The position numbers and the translations under genes were made by a program. Shown in pieces: positions 46,707-56,808 of a stretch of 64,000 nucleotides of DNA. This stretch comes from Planctomycetota bacterium (GTDB taxonomy: Bacteria; Planctomycetota; PLA2; JAEUHO01). The DNA is taken from positions 1 through 64,000 of the forward strand of contig CBDCWP010000031.1 in assembly GCA_965223505.1 (NCBI GenBank), read 5' to 3'. Positions within the stretch are counted from its first letter, which is position 1; each line of letters starts with the position of its first letter. Under the pieces are notes generated by a model. It had not been told where the DNA came from, did not search any database, and saw only the letters and a list, made by a program, of their open reading frames with translations.

Positions 46707-47905
46707 TGCGCGCCGTCCTGTTGTTCTCGGTACTCGTGTTCGCGCTCGCCTCGGCGTTGCTCGCCGCGCAGAGCGGGGCGCCGCCCGTCTCGAGTCGGAT
46801 TGCGAGCGCGTTGCCTGGCGACGGCGCGTTCGATGCGCCCGTGCCGCCCGTCGGCGCGCCCGGTGGCCCCTCGCGCGTGCTGAACGCGGTGGAGCTGGAC
46901 CGGTGGAAGCGCGGTCGCGCGTTGTTCGACCACGACTTTCACCGCGCGGACGGACTCGGCACGCCGGAGTTCAACGCCGACAGCTGCCGCGCCTGCCACC
47001 AGGATCCGCAGATCGGCGGCGCCGGCGGGCTCGAGCTCAACGTCTCGCGCTTCGGCCGCGACTTCGGATCGTCGACCACGTTCACGGATCTCCCGGGCGG
47101 GCAGGCAGCCAGCCGACTGCGCCCGCCGTACGTGCTCGCGCGCGAGGAGATCGACGCGACGGCCGACGTGTTCGAACAACGCCAGACACCGTCGCTCTTC
47201 GGCGCGGGCCTGATCGATTCGATCTCGGACGCGGAGATCCTCTCGAACGAAGACCCCACCGACACCGACAGCGACGGCGTGTTCGGTGTCGCGCGGATCG
47301 TCGACGCCGGCGGGTCGCTCGAGGTGGGTCGCTTCGGCTGGCGTGCACAGGTCCCCCGCGTCACGGACTTCGTACGCGACGCGATGGCGGGCGAGTGCGG
47401 CATCACCACGCCGGACGACGGGCGCGGTTTCGCGCTCGTGGCCGACGCCGACGCGGTGCCGGATCCGGAGCTGACGGTCGAGCAGGTCGACGACCTCGCG
47501 TTCTTTCTGTCGAATCTCGCGCCGCCTGCGCGCGGCGGCTCGCAGAGCGCCCTCGTCGTTCAAGGGGAGCAGCTCTTCGAGACGATCGGCTGCGCGACGT
47601 GCCACATCCCGACGTTGCAAGGCGCACAAGGGCCCGTGAACCTGTTCTCGGATCTGTTGTTGCACGACGTTTCGCCGGCCGGGTTCCGCGGCATGGCCGA
47701 GGCCGGTGCGCCGGTCGGTTTCTATCGAACACCGCCGCTCTGGGGCAACTGTGAAACTGCGCCGTACATGCACGACGGCGCCGCGGAGACGGTCGAAGCG
47801 GCGATCGAGATGCACTTCGGGGAGGCCGACGCAGCGCGCGTGGCGTTCGCCGGTTTGACGCAGCAGGAAAAGGAAGCCCTCCTGGCGTTTCTCGCGGATC
47901 TCTAG
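46703..47905 (+). CDS. Second di-heme oxidoreductase family protein (signal peptide)
   Basis: FNADSCRACH, DPTDTDSDGVFG, GRFGWRA, GCATCH, FSDLLLHD, YRTPPLWG, YMHDG. Overlaps the upstream stop. Confidence 0.9.
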   Translation: MMRAVLLFSVLVFALASALLAAQSGAPPVSSRIASALPGDGAFDAPVPPVGAPGGPSRVLNAVELDRWKRGRALFDHDFHRADGLGTPEFNADSCRACHQDPQIGGAGGLELNVSRFGRDFGSSTTFTDLPGGQAASRLRPPYVLAREEIDATADVFEQRQTPSLFGAGLIDSISDAEILSNEDPTDTDSDGVFGVARIVDAGGSLEVGRFGWRAQVPRVTDFVRDAMAGECGITTPDDGRGFALVADADAVPDPELTVEQVDDLAFFLSNLAPPARGGSQSALVVQGEQLFETIGCATCHIPTLQGAQGPVNLFSDLLLHDVSPAGFRGMAEAGAPVGFYRTPPLWGNCETAPYMHDGAAETVEAAIEMHFGEADAARVAFAGLTQQEKEALLAFLADL

Positions 47906-47908
47906 CGC

Positions 47909-48382
47909 ATGCGACGACGTTTCGCCCTCCTGGTCGCGCTCGTCTTCGTCGCGGGGTGCGGCGCCAGCCCGTCCGCACCGCGCGTGCCGACCGCCAACCT
48001 CGACGCGCTGCCGACGACACGCATCCTGGTGGGGGGCGCCGAGGTCGAAGTCTGGCTCGCGACGACGCCGGCGCAGCAAGAGCAGGGACTCATGTTCGCA
48101 ACACCGGAACAGCTGGCGCCGTTGCCCGACGGAACGCGCCGGGGCATGCTGTTCGTGTTCGACCCCGCAGCGTTCGTCAGCTTCTACATGCGGGATACGT
48201 TCGTGCCGCTCGACCTCGCCTACATCAGGTTCGACCGCTTCATCGTCGCCATCCACGATCTCGCGCCGCTCGACGAGACGATGGTCCTCTCGACGGAGCC
48301 GGTCGCGTTTGCGCTCGAGGTACCCGCAGGGACGCTCAGCGAGCTCGGCGTCGACGTCGGAGACGCCGTGTTGATACCCTGA
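47909..48382 (+). CDS. DUF192-family lipoprotein
   Basis: Lipobox VAGC; EQGLMF, GMLFVF, FYMRDTFVPLDLAYI, ALEVPAG. Confidence 0.9.
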   Translation: MRRRFALLVALVFVAGCGASPSAPRVPTANLDALPTTRILVGGAEVEVWLATTPAQQEQGLMFATPEQLAPLPDGTRRGMLFVFDPAAFVSFYMRDTFVPLDLAYIRFDRFIVAIHDLAPLDETMVLSTEPVAFALEVPAGTLSELGVDVGDAVLIP

Positions 48383-48439
48383 CCGGGTTCGGGGAGCGCG
48401 GTTCGCCGCGCCGAGAATCAGAGGTATGCTCCAAACGGC

Positions 48440-50731
48440 TTGGGCGCGGAGACAGACTCGGAGACCCGCCTGGTGACGCGTTCAGCGCGCTTGTATCGGG
48501 GCCTTTGCCTCCCCGCCATCGGCCTCGCCGCTGTTCTCACGCTCCTGGCGTGTGGCGGAGGGAGCAGCCCGGACCTGCAGGTGCCGCCGCCCCCGCAGGG
48601 TGGGGGCCCGTTCGGTCTGGACGCGCGAACGCCCCTGGCCCAGCTCGCATTTCCCACGTCGACGCCGAACCCGGGCGCCGTCCCGCTCGAGCCAGCGTTT
48701 CCCAATCTCGTCTTCGCACGCCCCGTGTACCTGACGGCGGCGCCCGACGGAACCGACTGGATCTACGTCGTCGAGCAGCGGGGACGCATCTGGGTGTTCC
48801 CAAACGACGACAGCGTGCAAACCGCCGACACGTTCCTGGACTTGCGGCCGGTCGTCGGCGGACCCGTCACCGGAACCCAGAACGAGGAAGGACTGCTCGG
48901 CCTTGCGTTCGATCCGGACTACGGCACCAACGGCGTGTTCTACGTCTACTACTCGTCCGTCTCGGGTCCGCAGGGCCGACGCTCGGTTATCTCTCGCTTC
49001 ACGGCGACCTTTCCCCAGGGCCAGGCGCCCACGGCGAACGCCAACTCCGAAGAGATCATCCTGGAGGTGCCGCAGTTCCAGTGGAACCACAACGCCGGCA
49101 TGATGGACTTCGGTCCGGACGGGTTCCTCTACGTCGCGTTCGGCGACGGGGGCGGGGCCGGCGATCCGCAGGACCACGGCCAGGACCCGAGCACGTTTCT
49201 CGGGTCCCTGATCCGGATCGATCCGCGCAACCCACCGGCCGGCCGGACCTACGGCATCCCGACCGACAACCCGTTCGTCGGCGAGGCGGGCATGCTCGAG
49301 GAGATCTGGGCCTACGGATTGCGCAACCCGTGGCGCTTCTCCTTCGACCGCAACACCGGCACGCTCTATCTCGGCGACGTCGGCCAGGGCGCGCGCGAGG
49401 AGGTCGACATCATCCGGCGCGGCGGCAACTACGCGTGGCCGATCTGGGAAGGCAACGCGGTCTTCGACGGAGGGATCCCGGCGAACCAGTTCGACATGCC
49501 GATCCTGGACTACGGGACCGGGCTCGGCCGCACCGTCATCGGCGGCTACGTCTATCGCGGCACCGCCGTGCCCAGCCTGAACGGCCTCTACGTCTACGGT
49601 GACAACGCGAGCGGCCGAATCTGGGCGATGAACTACGACGGCCAGCAGGTCGTCACGAACACCGAGATCAACACGCTGGGCAACGTGTGCAGCTTCGGCG
49701 AGGACGGCAACGCCGAGCTCTACGCCGTCTCGAACAGCGGGCCGATCCGGCGCTTCGTCGAGCCGAACGGCGTTCCGCCGCCCGCGTTCCCGGACACGTT
49801 GAGCGCGACGGGGATGTTCACGAACCTCGTCGATCTCACGCCGGCCGCGGGCCTGGTCGAGTACGACGTCAACGCGCCGCTGTGGTCGGACAACGCGGCG
49901 AAGCGCCGCTGGATCGGCGTGCCCGGCACCGCCCGGATCACGTTCTCCAACGGCGTGTACCAGTTCCCGGTCGACACGATCCTCGTCAAGCACTTCGAGC
50001 TCGAACTGACGGTGGGGGATCCGAGCACGCGGCGGCGGCTCGAGACGCGGGTGCTCATCAACCACGCCACCGGCTGGGCGGGCTACACGTACCGATGGAA
50101 TGCCGCCCAGACCGATGCGACGCTGCTGGCCGACGCACTCGATGAGACGTTCGTCATCCAGGATCCGAGCGCGCCCGGTGGGCAGCGCGACCAGGTGTGG
50201 CGCTACCCGAGCCGCACCGACTGCCTGCAGTGCCACACGGCGACGGCGGGTCGGATCCTCGGTTTCCGCACCGAGCAGCTCAATCGCGACTTCGCGTACC
50301 CGAACGCGACGGACAATCAGCTGCGAACGCTCAATCACATCGGGCTGTTCACGTCCGACATCGGCGATCACGCGCAGTACTCCGCGTGGGCCGATCCGCG
50401 CGACGCCGGCGCATCCGTCACCGCGCGCGCCCGTGCCTACCTACAGGTCAACTGCGCGCAGTGTCACCTGCCGGGCGGGCCCGCGCCGAGCGACATCGAC
50501 TTGCGGCACGACACGGCGGCGGCCGGCATGAACGCGATCGGGGTGCCCGCGCAGCTGGGCAACCTGGGCCTGCCGAACCCGGAGATCATCGACGCCTTCT
50601 CGAAGGAGAACAGCGTGCTGTGGCTGCGCCTGGGCACCACGGATCACACCCGCATGCCGAAGCTCGGCAGCAACCTCGTCGACGATCCCGGCATGGCGTT
50701 GGTCGGCCAGTGGATCGACCAGGGTCCGTAG
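48440..50731 (+). CDS. PQQ-dependent sugar dehydrogenase (GSDH-like propeller) fused to a di-heme cytochrome c domain; lipoprotein
   Basis: Lipobox LLACG; EEGLLGLAFDP, HNAGMMDFGPDG, GLRNPWRFSFD, GGYVYRG; PLWSDNA.KRRW, CLQCH, CAQCH, RMP. Start uncertain. Confidence 0.88.
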   Translation: MGAETDSETRLVTRSARLYRGLCLPAIGLAAVLTLLACGGGSSPDLQVPPPPQGGGPFGLDARTPLAQLAFPTSTPNPGAVPLEPAFPNLVFARPVYLTAAPDGTDWIYVVEQRGRIWVFPNDDSVQTADTFLDLRPVVGGPVTGTQNEEGLLGLAFDPDYGTNGVFYVYYSSVSGPQGRRSVISRFTATFPQGQAPTANANSEEIILEVPQFQWNHNAGMMDFGPDGFLYVAFGDGGGAGDPQDHGQDPSTFLGSLIRIDPRNPPAGRTYGIPTDNPFVGEAGMLEEIWAYGLRNPWRFSFDRNTGTLYLGDVGQGAREEVDIIRRGGNYAWPIWEGNAVFDGGIPANQFDMPILDYGTGLGRTVIGGYVYRGTAVPSLNGLYVYGDNASGRIWAMNYDGQQVVTNTEINTLGNVCSFGEDGNAELYAVSNSGPIRRFVEPNGVPPPAFPDTLSATGMFTNLVDLTPAAGLVEYDVNAPLWSDNAAKRRWIGVPGTARITFSNGVYQFPVDTILVKHFELELTVGDPSTRRRLETRVLINHATGWAGYTYRWNAAQTDATLLADALDETFVIQDPSAPGGQRDQVWRYPSRTDCLQCHTATAGRILGFRTEQLNRDFAYPNATDNQLRTLNHIGLFTSDIGDHAQYSAWADPRDAGASVTARARAYLQVNCAQCHLPGGPAPSDIDLRHDTAAAGMNAIGVPAQLGNLGLPNPEIIDAFSKENSVLWLRLGTTDHTRMPKLGSNLVDDPGMALVGQWIDQGP

Positions 50732-50759
50732 GAGGACGCCGCCTTGCGCGCGGATGTCG

Positions 50760-53700
50760 CTACGGGCCGGGGATCCGTAGCACGATGCCCGTCGTGCCCG
50801 GCGTGACCGCCTCTTCCTTGTTCGACTTGTTCTCGCCGGTACCCGCCTGCAGGTCGTAGGGCTCGTCGATCAGACCGAGATGCTCGAAGTTGCCGTCGGC
50901 GTCGGTCTTGATCCAGCGGTACCACGTCTTGCTCTGCGCCTTCACCCAGAAGTTGGGCTTCGGGCTGCCGTCCGCCGTCTCGACACGACCCTTGATGGTC
51001 AAGCCCTCGACCAGCTCGACGGTGATGTTCTTGGCGTCGGCCGCGAACGGGCCCGCCAGCGCGTAACGGTTGTCGCCGCGTCTCATCGCGGCCACCATCC
51101 ACTTCTCGTCCTTGCCGCCGATCGTGATCGTCCAGGAACCGTCCTCCGCAGCCTTTCCGTAGACCGCCTTCTGTGGATCGCCACCCTCGCGCCAGGCCCG
51201 GATCTGGAACTTGGGCGCGTCGCTGCCGGCGCCGAGCAGCTTGCCCCGCAGCTTGACGGCCGTCGGGACGACGATCTCGACGCCCTCCGCCGGCGCGTTG
51301 ACCGTCGTCGCCGGCGGCGCCGGGCCCCCGTCCTGTCGGTTGATCATGATCTTGTAGCTGCCGCGCTGCAACCCGGCGAGCTCGAACGTCCCGTCGCTCG
51401 TCGGCTGATTCCAGCCGCCGGCGTGCGCGCCCTCCTCGGTCTGGGCGTATATCCAACACTGGGTAAACGGCTTGCCGTCCTCGCTGCGCACGACGCCCTT
51501 GACCGACACGCCTTGCTCGAACTGCAGCTCGAGGTTGTCGGTGCCGGGGCGCACGTCCTTCAGCATGATCGGCGCGAACATCTGCTTGCCGTCGACCCAA
51601 TTGCTGTTGACGGTGAGGTTCACCATCACGTCGTCAGGAATGCCGGCGATCGTGAAGGTGCCGTCGTGCGCGACCTGCGTGTTGGCGTTGCCGTAGTGGC
51701 CGTCCGCCTTCTGCCAGCTTGCGTTGGCCCAGCCGCCGGTGCCGGCCTTGCCATCCGGGCCCGTCACGCGGCCCTTGATCGTCTGACCGATCGCCAGCGT
51801 CACCACGATGCCCTTCTCGCCCGATTTCACGCTGAGGTTCTTCGGTTTGATGAACTCCTGGGGCGGCGTGATGTTGAGCGAGATCTCGCCGTCCTTCAGA
51901 CCGCCGAGCCGGAACAGCCCGTCGGCGGCCGTGCGAACGGTCATCGTTCCGTGCTGGACGTTGACGCCGGCGACCGGGTTTCCGTCGGGCCCCTTCACGA
52001 TGCCGTCGATCTCGAGCCCGGTCTCGAGCCGGATCTCGACCGGCTCGCTCGGCACGGTCTCCAGCTTGACCGACTTCGTCTGGACGTTGAGCGGCAAGCC
52101 GTCGCGCCCCTTCGCGTTCGAGACCGTGATCGTGAAGGGCGGGTTGCCCTTGACCGTTCGCCGGAAGTGTCCGTTGACGACCTCGTTCGCATTGCTTCCC
52201 GGGTAGTACATCTGCTGGTTGTTGCCGGACTGGCCCTTGCCCTTGATCGCGACGTTGCACAACGGGACCGGCTCGCCCGCACTGTCGAACACGCGACCCT
52301 CGATCGTGACGGTCTGCGGCTTCTCGTAGACGAAGGTGAGCCCGATGGCGGGCGCTTCGAACTTCTCACCGATGTTGACCTGGCCCGTCTGCGTGTGCAT
52401 CACGATCTGGACGGGTCCCTCCTTGGCGCCCTTGAACTCGAAGTGGCCGTCCTTGTCGGTCGAGGCGTGGACCCAGTTGCCGCCGCCGCCGCCCATCGGC
52501 TGCAAGTTCAGGCCGAGGTTCGGCACGCCTTTGCCGTCCTTGTCGACGATGCGCCCGCTGACCGAGACACCGGCCAGCAGCTCCACTTCGACGTCATCGC
52601 GCACTTCGCCGGCCTTCAGCGCGCCGATCGCCTGCTGTTGCTGCTTCGCGACGAAGGTCGAGGAATGGACCCAGAGGTTGTACGTGCCCGCGGGAAGGTC
52701 GACGAACTCGAACGTGTTCTCCGGACCGACCTGCTTGTAGGTCGCGTCGCCGGCGAGATGCGACTGCGGTCCCCAGACGTTGATGCTGACCGAGGAGGTG
52801 TCGCTCTCGTCGGGACGGATGACCTTGCCCCGAATCGTCGCGCCGTGCGCGAGCTTGAGCTCGAGATCGGCCGTCTCTTCGCCCTCCTTGTACGCCAACG
52901 GCGCGGACTCTCCGCCCGCGAAGCCCTTCTTCTTGGCGTAGAGAACCAGCCCATCCTTCGGTGGCAACGACCGGACGGTGAACGTCCCGTCACGGTCCGT
53001 GACAGCGAGCTCGTTGAGCTGGTTGCTGTACCAGTTCACACCCCACTGATAGGCGACCTGCGAGAAGTTGAAGTTCTTGCACAGGATCTTCGCGTCCGCC
53101 GCGGGCGCCCCGTCGGGATCGAACACGACACCCGAGACGACGCGTCCCGGGGCGAGCAGGATGTCGCGCTCGACCGTATCGCCCTTCTCCGGCATCACGA
53201 TGGTGAGTTCGGCCGGCGCACCGGTGTTCGCGTTCGGATCGTAGGCCACGGGCTGGTTGGCTGTCGGCGCGAGCTGCGGCAGGTAGTACGCGTCGTGCAT
53301 GGCCACGATCACCAAGCGCCCTTCGGCGACGCCCTCGAAGACGAAGCGTCCGTTGGCGTCCGCTTCGACGATCATCGGTGGGTAGTTGTCGACGCCCGTC
53401 GCGCTCCGGGCCTGGTAGAGCCGCACTTCCGCCTTCGCGATGCCCTCCTTGGTCTCGTTGTTCAAGACGCGGCCCGTCACGCGACCGCCGCGGACCATCG
53501 TGAGGTCGAGCTCGGTCTCGGCGCCTGCCTTGATCTCCGTCTCCTTCAGTCGCCCGTTCGCCTTGGTCAGCGTGCGTGCGAGATAGCCGTCCGCGAGAAT
53601 GCGAGCGGAGGTGATCTTCCCCTCCGGGACGCCCTCGATGCGGTAGTCGCCTGCGCCGTCGCTCACGCCCGTCAAGGTCGCGTTGCGCGTCGTCGTCGTC

Positions 53701-54629
53701 TCGCCTTCCTCGATCTCCTGCATGACGGAGATGAGGACTTCGGCGCCGACGACCGGTGTCGCCGACGTATCGGCGACCTTCCCGAAGAGCGTGCCACCCT
53801 TCTCGCCGAGCCGGATCACGAGCTCGCCCTCGTGCGGCGTCGCCGCCTTGATGCCCGTCACCTTCACGCGTCCCGGCACCGTGACCGTAAAGGAGAGCGA
53901 GCCCGACGGGACGGCATCGAATTCGAACGCGCCCGTTGTCGTGTCGCTCATCTCCACCGGCATGGCGAACCAACGCTTCTTGAGCTCCTGCGAGTACCAG
54001 GAGACGGAGAGTGCGGCGCCGACGGGCTGGTCGCCGGCGTCGACCACGCGCCCGTTCAGGCGTGAGCCGGGCAGGATGTAGATCTCGCCGCCGCCGCCCA
54101 AATTCCATTGGTTCAGCGTCACGGTATGGACCGTCGACACCTTCGGCGCTTCGGGCCACGCGCGGAAGTGATATTTGCTCGCGGCGACGTCGTCGAAACG
54201 GTAGCGACCGTCTTCGTCGGTCGTCGTCTCGGCGACCCGTCTCCAGGTCTGCGCCGGGGTCCGCAGCTGTCGAAGGTCGCGCTCGAGCCGGTAACGAGGG
54301 TTGTTGCGTATCCACGTGCGCGGGTCGCTGTAGTCGATGTCGCCTTCGTCCTCGTGCATCGTGACGCGCATGCCCGCGACGGGCTTGCCGTCCTCGTCCT
54401 TCACGAAGCCCTGGACGTGGAAGTCGCCTCCCGGTAGCGCTGCTTCTTCGGGGCTGTTGATCGCTGCGCCGGTGCCCTTGAGCCCGGGCCCTTCCTGATC
54501 GACGATCGTTTCACCCTCGTCGCCGTAGTACGCCCCGCCGCCGCCGGTGTCGGCAAACGGGTCGAGGATGAGGACGACCGCGCCGACGGCCAGGCCGAGC
54601 CCCAGAACCAGAAAGACCACCTTGCCCAT
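50760..54629 (-). CDS. Large membrane-anchored protein with many carboxypeptidase-regulatory-like / prealbumin-like beta-sandwich repeats
   Basis: GGAGGT RBS, N-terminal TM, and recurring I.GRV.D..G.P..G and TD.DG.F...GL units across 1289 aa. Confidence 0.88.
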   Translation of the reverse strand: MGKVVFLVLGLGLAVGAVVLILDPFADTGGGGAYYGDEGETIVDQEGPGLKGTGAAINSPEEAALPGGDFHVQGFVKDEDGKPVAGMRVTMHEDEGDIDYSDPRTWIRNNPRYRLERDLRQLRTPAQTWRRVAETTTDEDGRYRFDDVAASKYHFRAWPEAPKVSTVHTVTLNQWNLGGGGEIYILPGSRLNGRVVDAGDQPVGAALSVSWYSQELKKRWFAMPVEMSDTTTGAFEFDAVPSGSLSFTVTVPGRVKVTGIKAATPHEGELVIRLGEKGGTLFGKVADTSATPVVGAEVLISVMQEIEEGETTTTRNATLTGVSDGAGDYRIEGVPEGKITSARILADGYLARTLTKANGRLKETEIKAGAETELDLTMVRGGRVTGRVLNNETKEGIAKAEVRLYQARSATGVDNYPPMIVEADANGRFVFEGVAEGRLVIVAMHDAYYLPQLAPTANQPVAYDPNANTGAPAELTIVMPEKGDTVERDILLAPGRVVSGVVFDPDGAPAADAKILCKNFNFSQVAYQWGVNWYSNQLNELAVTDRDGTFTVRSLPPKDGLVLYAKKKGFAGGESAPLAYKEGEETADLELKLAHGATIRGKVIRPDESDTSSVSINVWGPQSHLAGDATYKQVGPENTFEFVDLPAGTYNLWVHSSTFVAKQQQQAIGALKAGEVRDDVEVELLAGVSVSGRIVDKDGKGVPNLGLNLQPMGGGGGNWVHASTDKDGHFEFKGAKEGPVQIVMHTQTGQVNIGEKFEAPAIGLTFVYEKPQTVTIEGRVFDSAGEPVPLCNVAIKGKGQSGNNQQMYYPGSNANEVVNGHFRRTVKGNPPFTITVSNAKGRDGLPLNVQTKSVKLETVPSEPVEIRLETGLEIDGIVKGPDGNPVAGVNVQHGTMTVRTAADGLFRLGGLKDGEISLNITPPQEFIKPKNLSVKSGEKGIVVTLAIGQTIKGRVTGPDGKAGTGGWANASWQKADGHYGNANTQVAHDGTFTIAGIPDDVMVNLTVNSNWVDGKQMFAPIMLKDVRPGTDNLELQFEQGVSVKGVVRSEDGKPFTQCWIYAQTEEGAHAGGWNQPTSDGTFELAGLQRGSYKIMINRQDGGPAPPATTVNAPAEGVEIVVPTAVKLRGKLLGAGSDAPKFQIRAWREGGDPQKAVYGKAAEDGSWTITIGGKDEKWMVAAMRRGDNRYALAGPFAADAKNITVELVEGLTIKGRVETADGSPKPNFWVKAQSKTWYRWIKTDADGNFEHLGLIDEPYDLQAGTGENKSNKEEAVTPGTTGIVLRIPGP

Positions 54630-54815
54630 TCACACCTCCGCGCCACCCGGTCCGGAACGATGGCGGCTTCGGGGTGCGCCCAGGCGTCCTCCCCGCCGAG
54701 CGCGGCTCCAAACCGGGGGGCTTCAGCGTACGCCCAAACGAGGGCGCGGTTTGTCAGCTGCGGGTCAGGAAACGAAAGGCGGGTGCGCTGCATCCCGGGC
54801 TGCTACGCTCCTCAG

Positions 54816-55439
54816 GTGAGTGACGCAGAGAGCCAACCCGCGGCGGACGGCCCGTCGCCGAAGCGTGACGCCGATCCGGATTTGGTGCGACTCGCCGCCG
54901 GTTTCTACGGCGTGGTCCTGCTGTTCGCGGTCGGCTACGCGCTGTTCTCCGGCAACCACGAGATCAAGAAGATCCTCGGCACCCAGATGCCGACGATCCC
55001 CGCGTTGTTGGCAGGGATCGGCGTCGGCCTGGTCATCGTCTGCGTGGTGCGAATCGGCGCAGAGGTCCTGCCTGCGGTGGACAACGCGGCGACCGCGCTC
55101 GCCGAGCTCCTCGGACCGGTCTCCCGCAAGGACGCGCTGCTCCTGGCGCTGTTCTCGGCCGTTGCCGAAGAGGTGCTGTTTCGCGGTGCGTTGTGGCACC
55201 ACCTCGGGCTCGCCGGGACGACGTGTCTGTTCGGCCTCGTTCACATCGTGCCGAGACGCAAGCTCTGGGCCTATCCGCTGTTCGCAGCGGCCGCGGGGTT
55301 GATTCTCGGTCTGTTGCGGCAAGGCACCGGCAGCGTGCTGCCGCCCATCCTCGTGCACTTCGTCGTCAACGCGCTCAACCTCGTGTGGATCGGCGCGAGG
55401 GCGTCCAAGTCCCCGGCGTCGGCGGGCGATGCCGCCTAG
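54816..55439 (+). CDS. CPBP (Abi/CAAX-type II) intramembrane glutamic endopeptidase
   Basis: AEEVLFRG, FGLVH, HFVVN motifs and multiple TMs. GTG start at 54816. Confidence 0.9.
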   Translation: MSDAESQPAADGPSPKRDADPDLVRLAAGFYGVVLLFAVGYALFSGNHEIKKILGTQMPTIPALLAGIGVGLVIVCVVRIGAEVLPAVDNAATALAELLGPVSRKDALLLALFSAVAEEVLFRGALWHHLGLAGTTCLFGLVHIVPRRKLWAYPLFAAAAGLILGLLRQGTGSVLPPILVHFVVNALNLVWIGARASKSPASAGDAA

Positions 55440-56796
55440 CACCGCGACGACCGGGACCGACGCGCCGAAGGTGCGCCTCGTCGATCACCTTCACGTGTGT
55501 TGGCTGGCGTTCATCACGATCTTCGGCGCGGTCCCGTATCTCGTCGCGTTCGTCCTCTCGCCGGTGCTCGCGCCCTGGATGCGGCGTCGCGGAAGGACCT
55601 ATCTGTCGCAGCCGCCGTCGACGCCGGCGCCGATCCCGGACGTCGATGCGACCGCCTGGAACGGTCGGACGATCTTCGTCGTGGTGGGGGAGGCCTCGGC
55701 CGACCGGTTGGCAGCGCGCGTCGTTCGCCGCATCCTCGACCAATGCCCGGGAGTCCGCGTGCGCGGGTACGGCGGGCCGGAGTGCGCCAAAGCCGGCATG
55801 CTGGTCGACCGGGATCTCACGTCGCACGCCGTCATGGGCTTCTCCGCCGTTCTGGGCACCGTCGGCTTCTGGTGGCGGGTGTGCGCGCAAACGCTCGCGC
55901 GCTGGCGCGAGGAACGACCGGACTTGCTGCTCACCGTGGACTTCGCGGGCTTGAACGTGCGGTTGGCGCGATGGGGGCGGCAGCGCGGCGTTCGAACCGT
56001 GCATCTGGTCGCGCCGCAGCTGTGGGCGCACTCCCCGTGGCGTGCCGGCCGCTGGCGTCGCGCGGTGGACCACCTGCTGGCGATCTTTCCGTTCGAGCCG
56101 CGCTGGTTCGAGCGCTCGGGCATTCGTACGACGTACGTTGGGCATCCGCTGTTCGAAGAACCGCTCGACGAGCCGCGCACGCAACGCAGCTGGCCCGGCA
56201 CCGACGCCGTGACGGTCGAGCTCTGGCCCGGCAGCCGGCGGCGGGAGATCAACGGCCACGCGCCGTTGGTGCTGCGCGCAGCGCGGCGCATCGAGGCGCG
56301 CCTGCCGCGGGTCGAGTTCGTGGTGCGCCTGGCGGAGGACGAACACCGGGTCTGGTTCGACGAGGCGTCGAGCGGCGTGGATCGGCCCGCGCGCATTCGC
56401 TTCGCGACCGAAGCGTCCGAACACGCGCTGCCGCTCGTCGGCGCGCTCTGCGCGTCGGGGACGGCGACCGCGGAGCTGGCCGTCGAGTTGGTGCCGCTGT
56501 CGGTCTTCTACCAGACACGCCGGCGCGCACGGATCGGCGCGTGGGTCGTGCTGACGACACCGTGGTTCTGCTTGGTGAACGTCGTCGCGGGGGAAACCGT
56601 CGTCCCCGAGCGGCTGACGACGGCCAGCCGCGACGCGAACCATGTCGCCGACGATCTCCTGTCTTCGATCGCCACGGCCGACGTCTGGCGAACCACGCGC
56701 GAACGTCTCGAACGTGTTCGCGATCGGCTTGCGTCGCGCGACGTCGCGCGGCGTGCCGCGGCGATCATCTTGAGCGAGCCGGTGGGGAGCCGCTAG
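55429..56796 (+). CDS. lpxB: Lipid-A-disaccharide synthase with an N-terminal hydrophobic extension
   Basis: VVGEASADRLA, GYGGP, AVMGF, VDFAGLNVRLA, VAPQLWA, IFPFE, YVGHPL, PGSRRREI, SGTATAELA, LVNVVAG. Confidence 0.9.
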   Translation: MPPSTATTGTDAPKVRLVDHLHVCWLAFITIFGAVPYLVAFVLSPVLAPWMRRRGRTYLSQPPSTPAPIPDVDATAWNGRTIFVVVGEASADRLAARVVRRILDQCPGVRVRGYGGPECAKAGMLVDRDLTSHAVMGFSAVLGTVGFWWRVCAQTLARWREERPDLLLTVDFAGLNVRLARWGRQRGVRTVHLVAPQLWAHSPWRAGRWRRAVDHLLAIFPFEPRWFERSGIRTTYVGHPLFEEPLDEPRTQRSWPGTDAVTVELWPGSRRREINGHAPLVLRAARRIEARLPRVEFVVRLAEDEHRVWFDEASSGVDRPARIRFATEASEHALPLVGALCASGTATAELAVELVPLSVFYQTRRRARIGAWVVLTTPWFCLVNVVAGETVVPERLTTASRDANHVADDLLSSIATADVWRTTRERLERVRDRLASRDVARRAAAIILSEPVGSR

Positions 56797-56808
56797 CGCG
56801 AACCGCAT

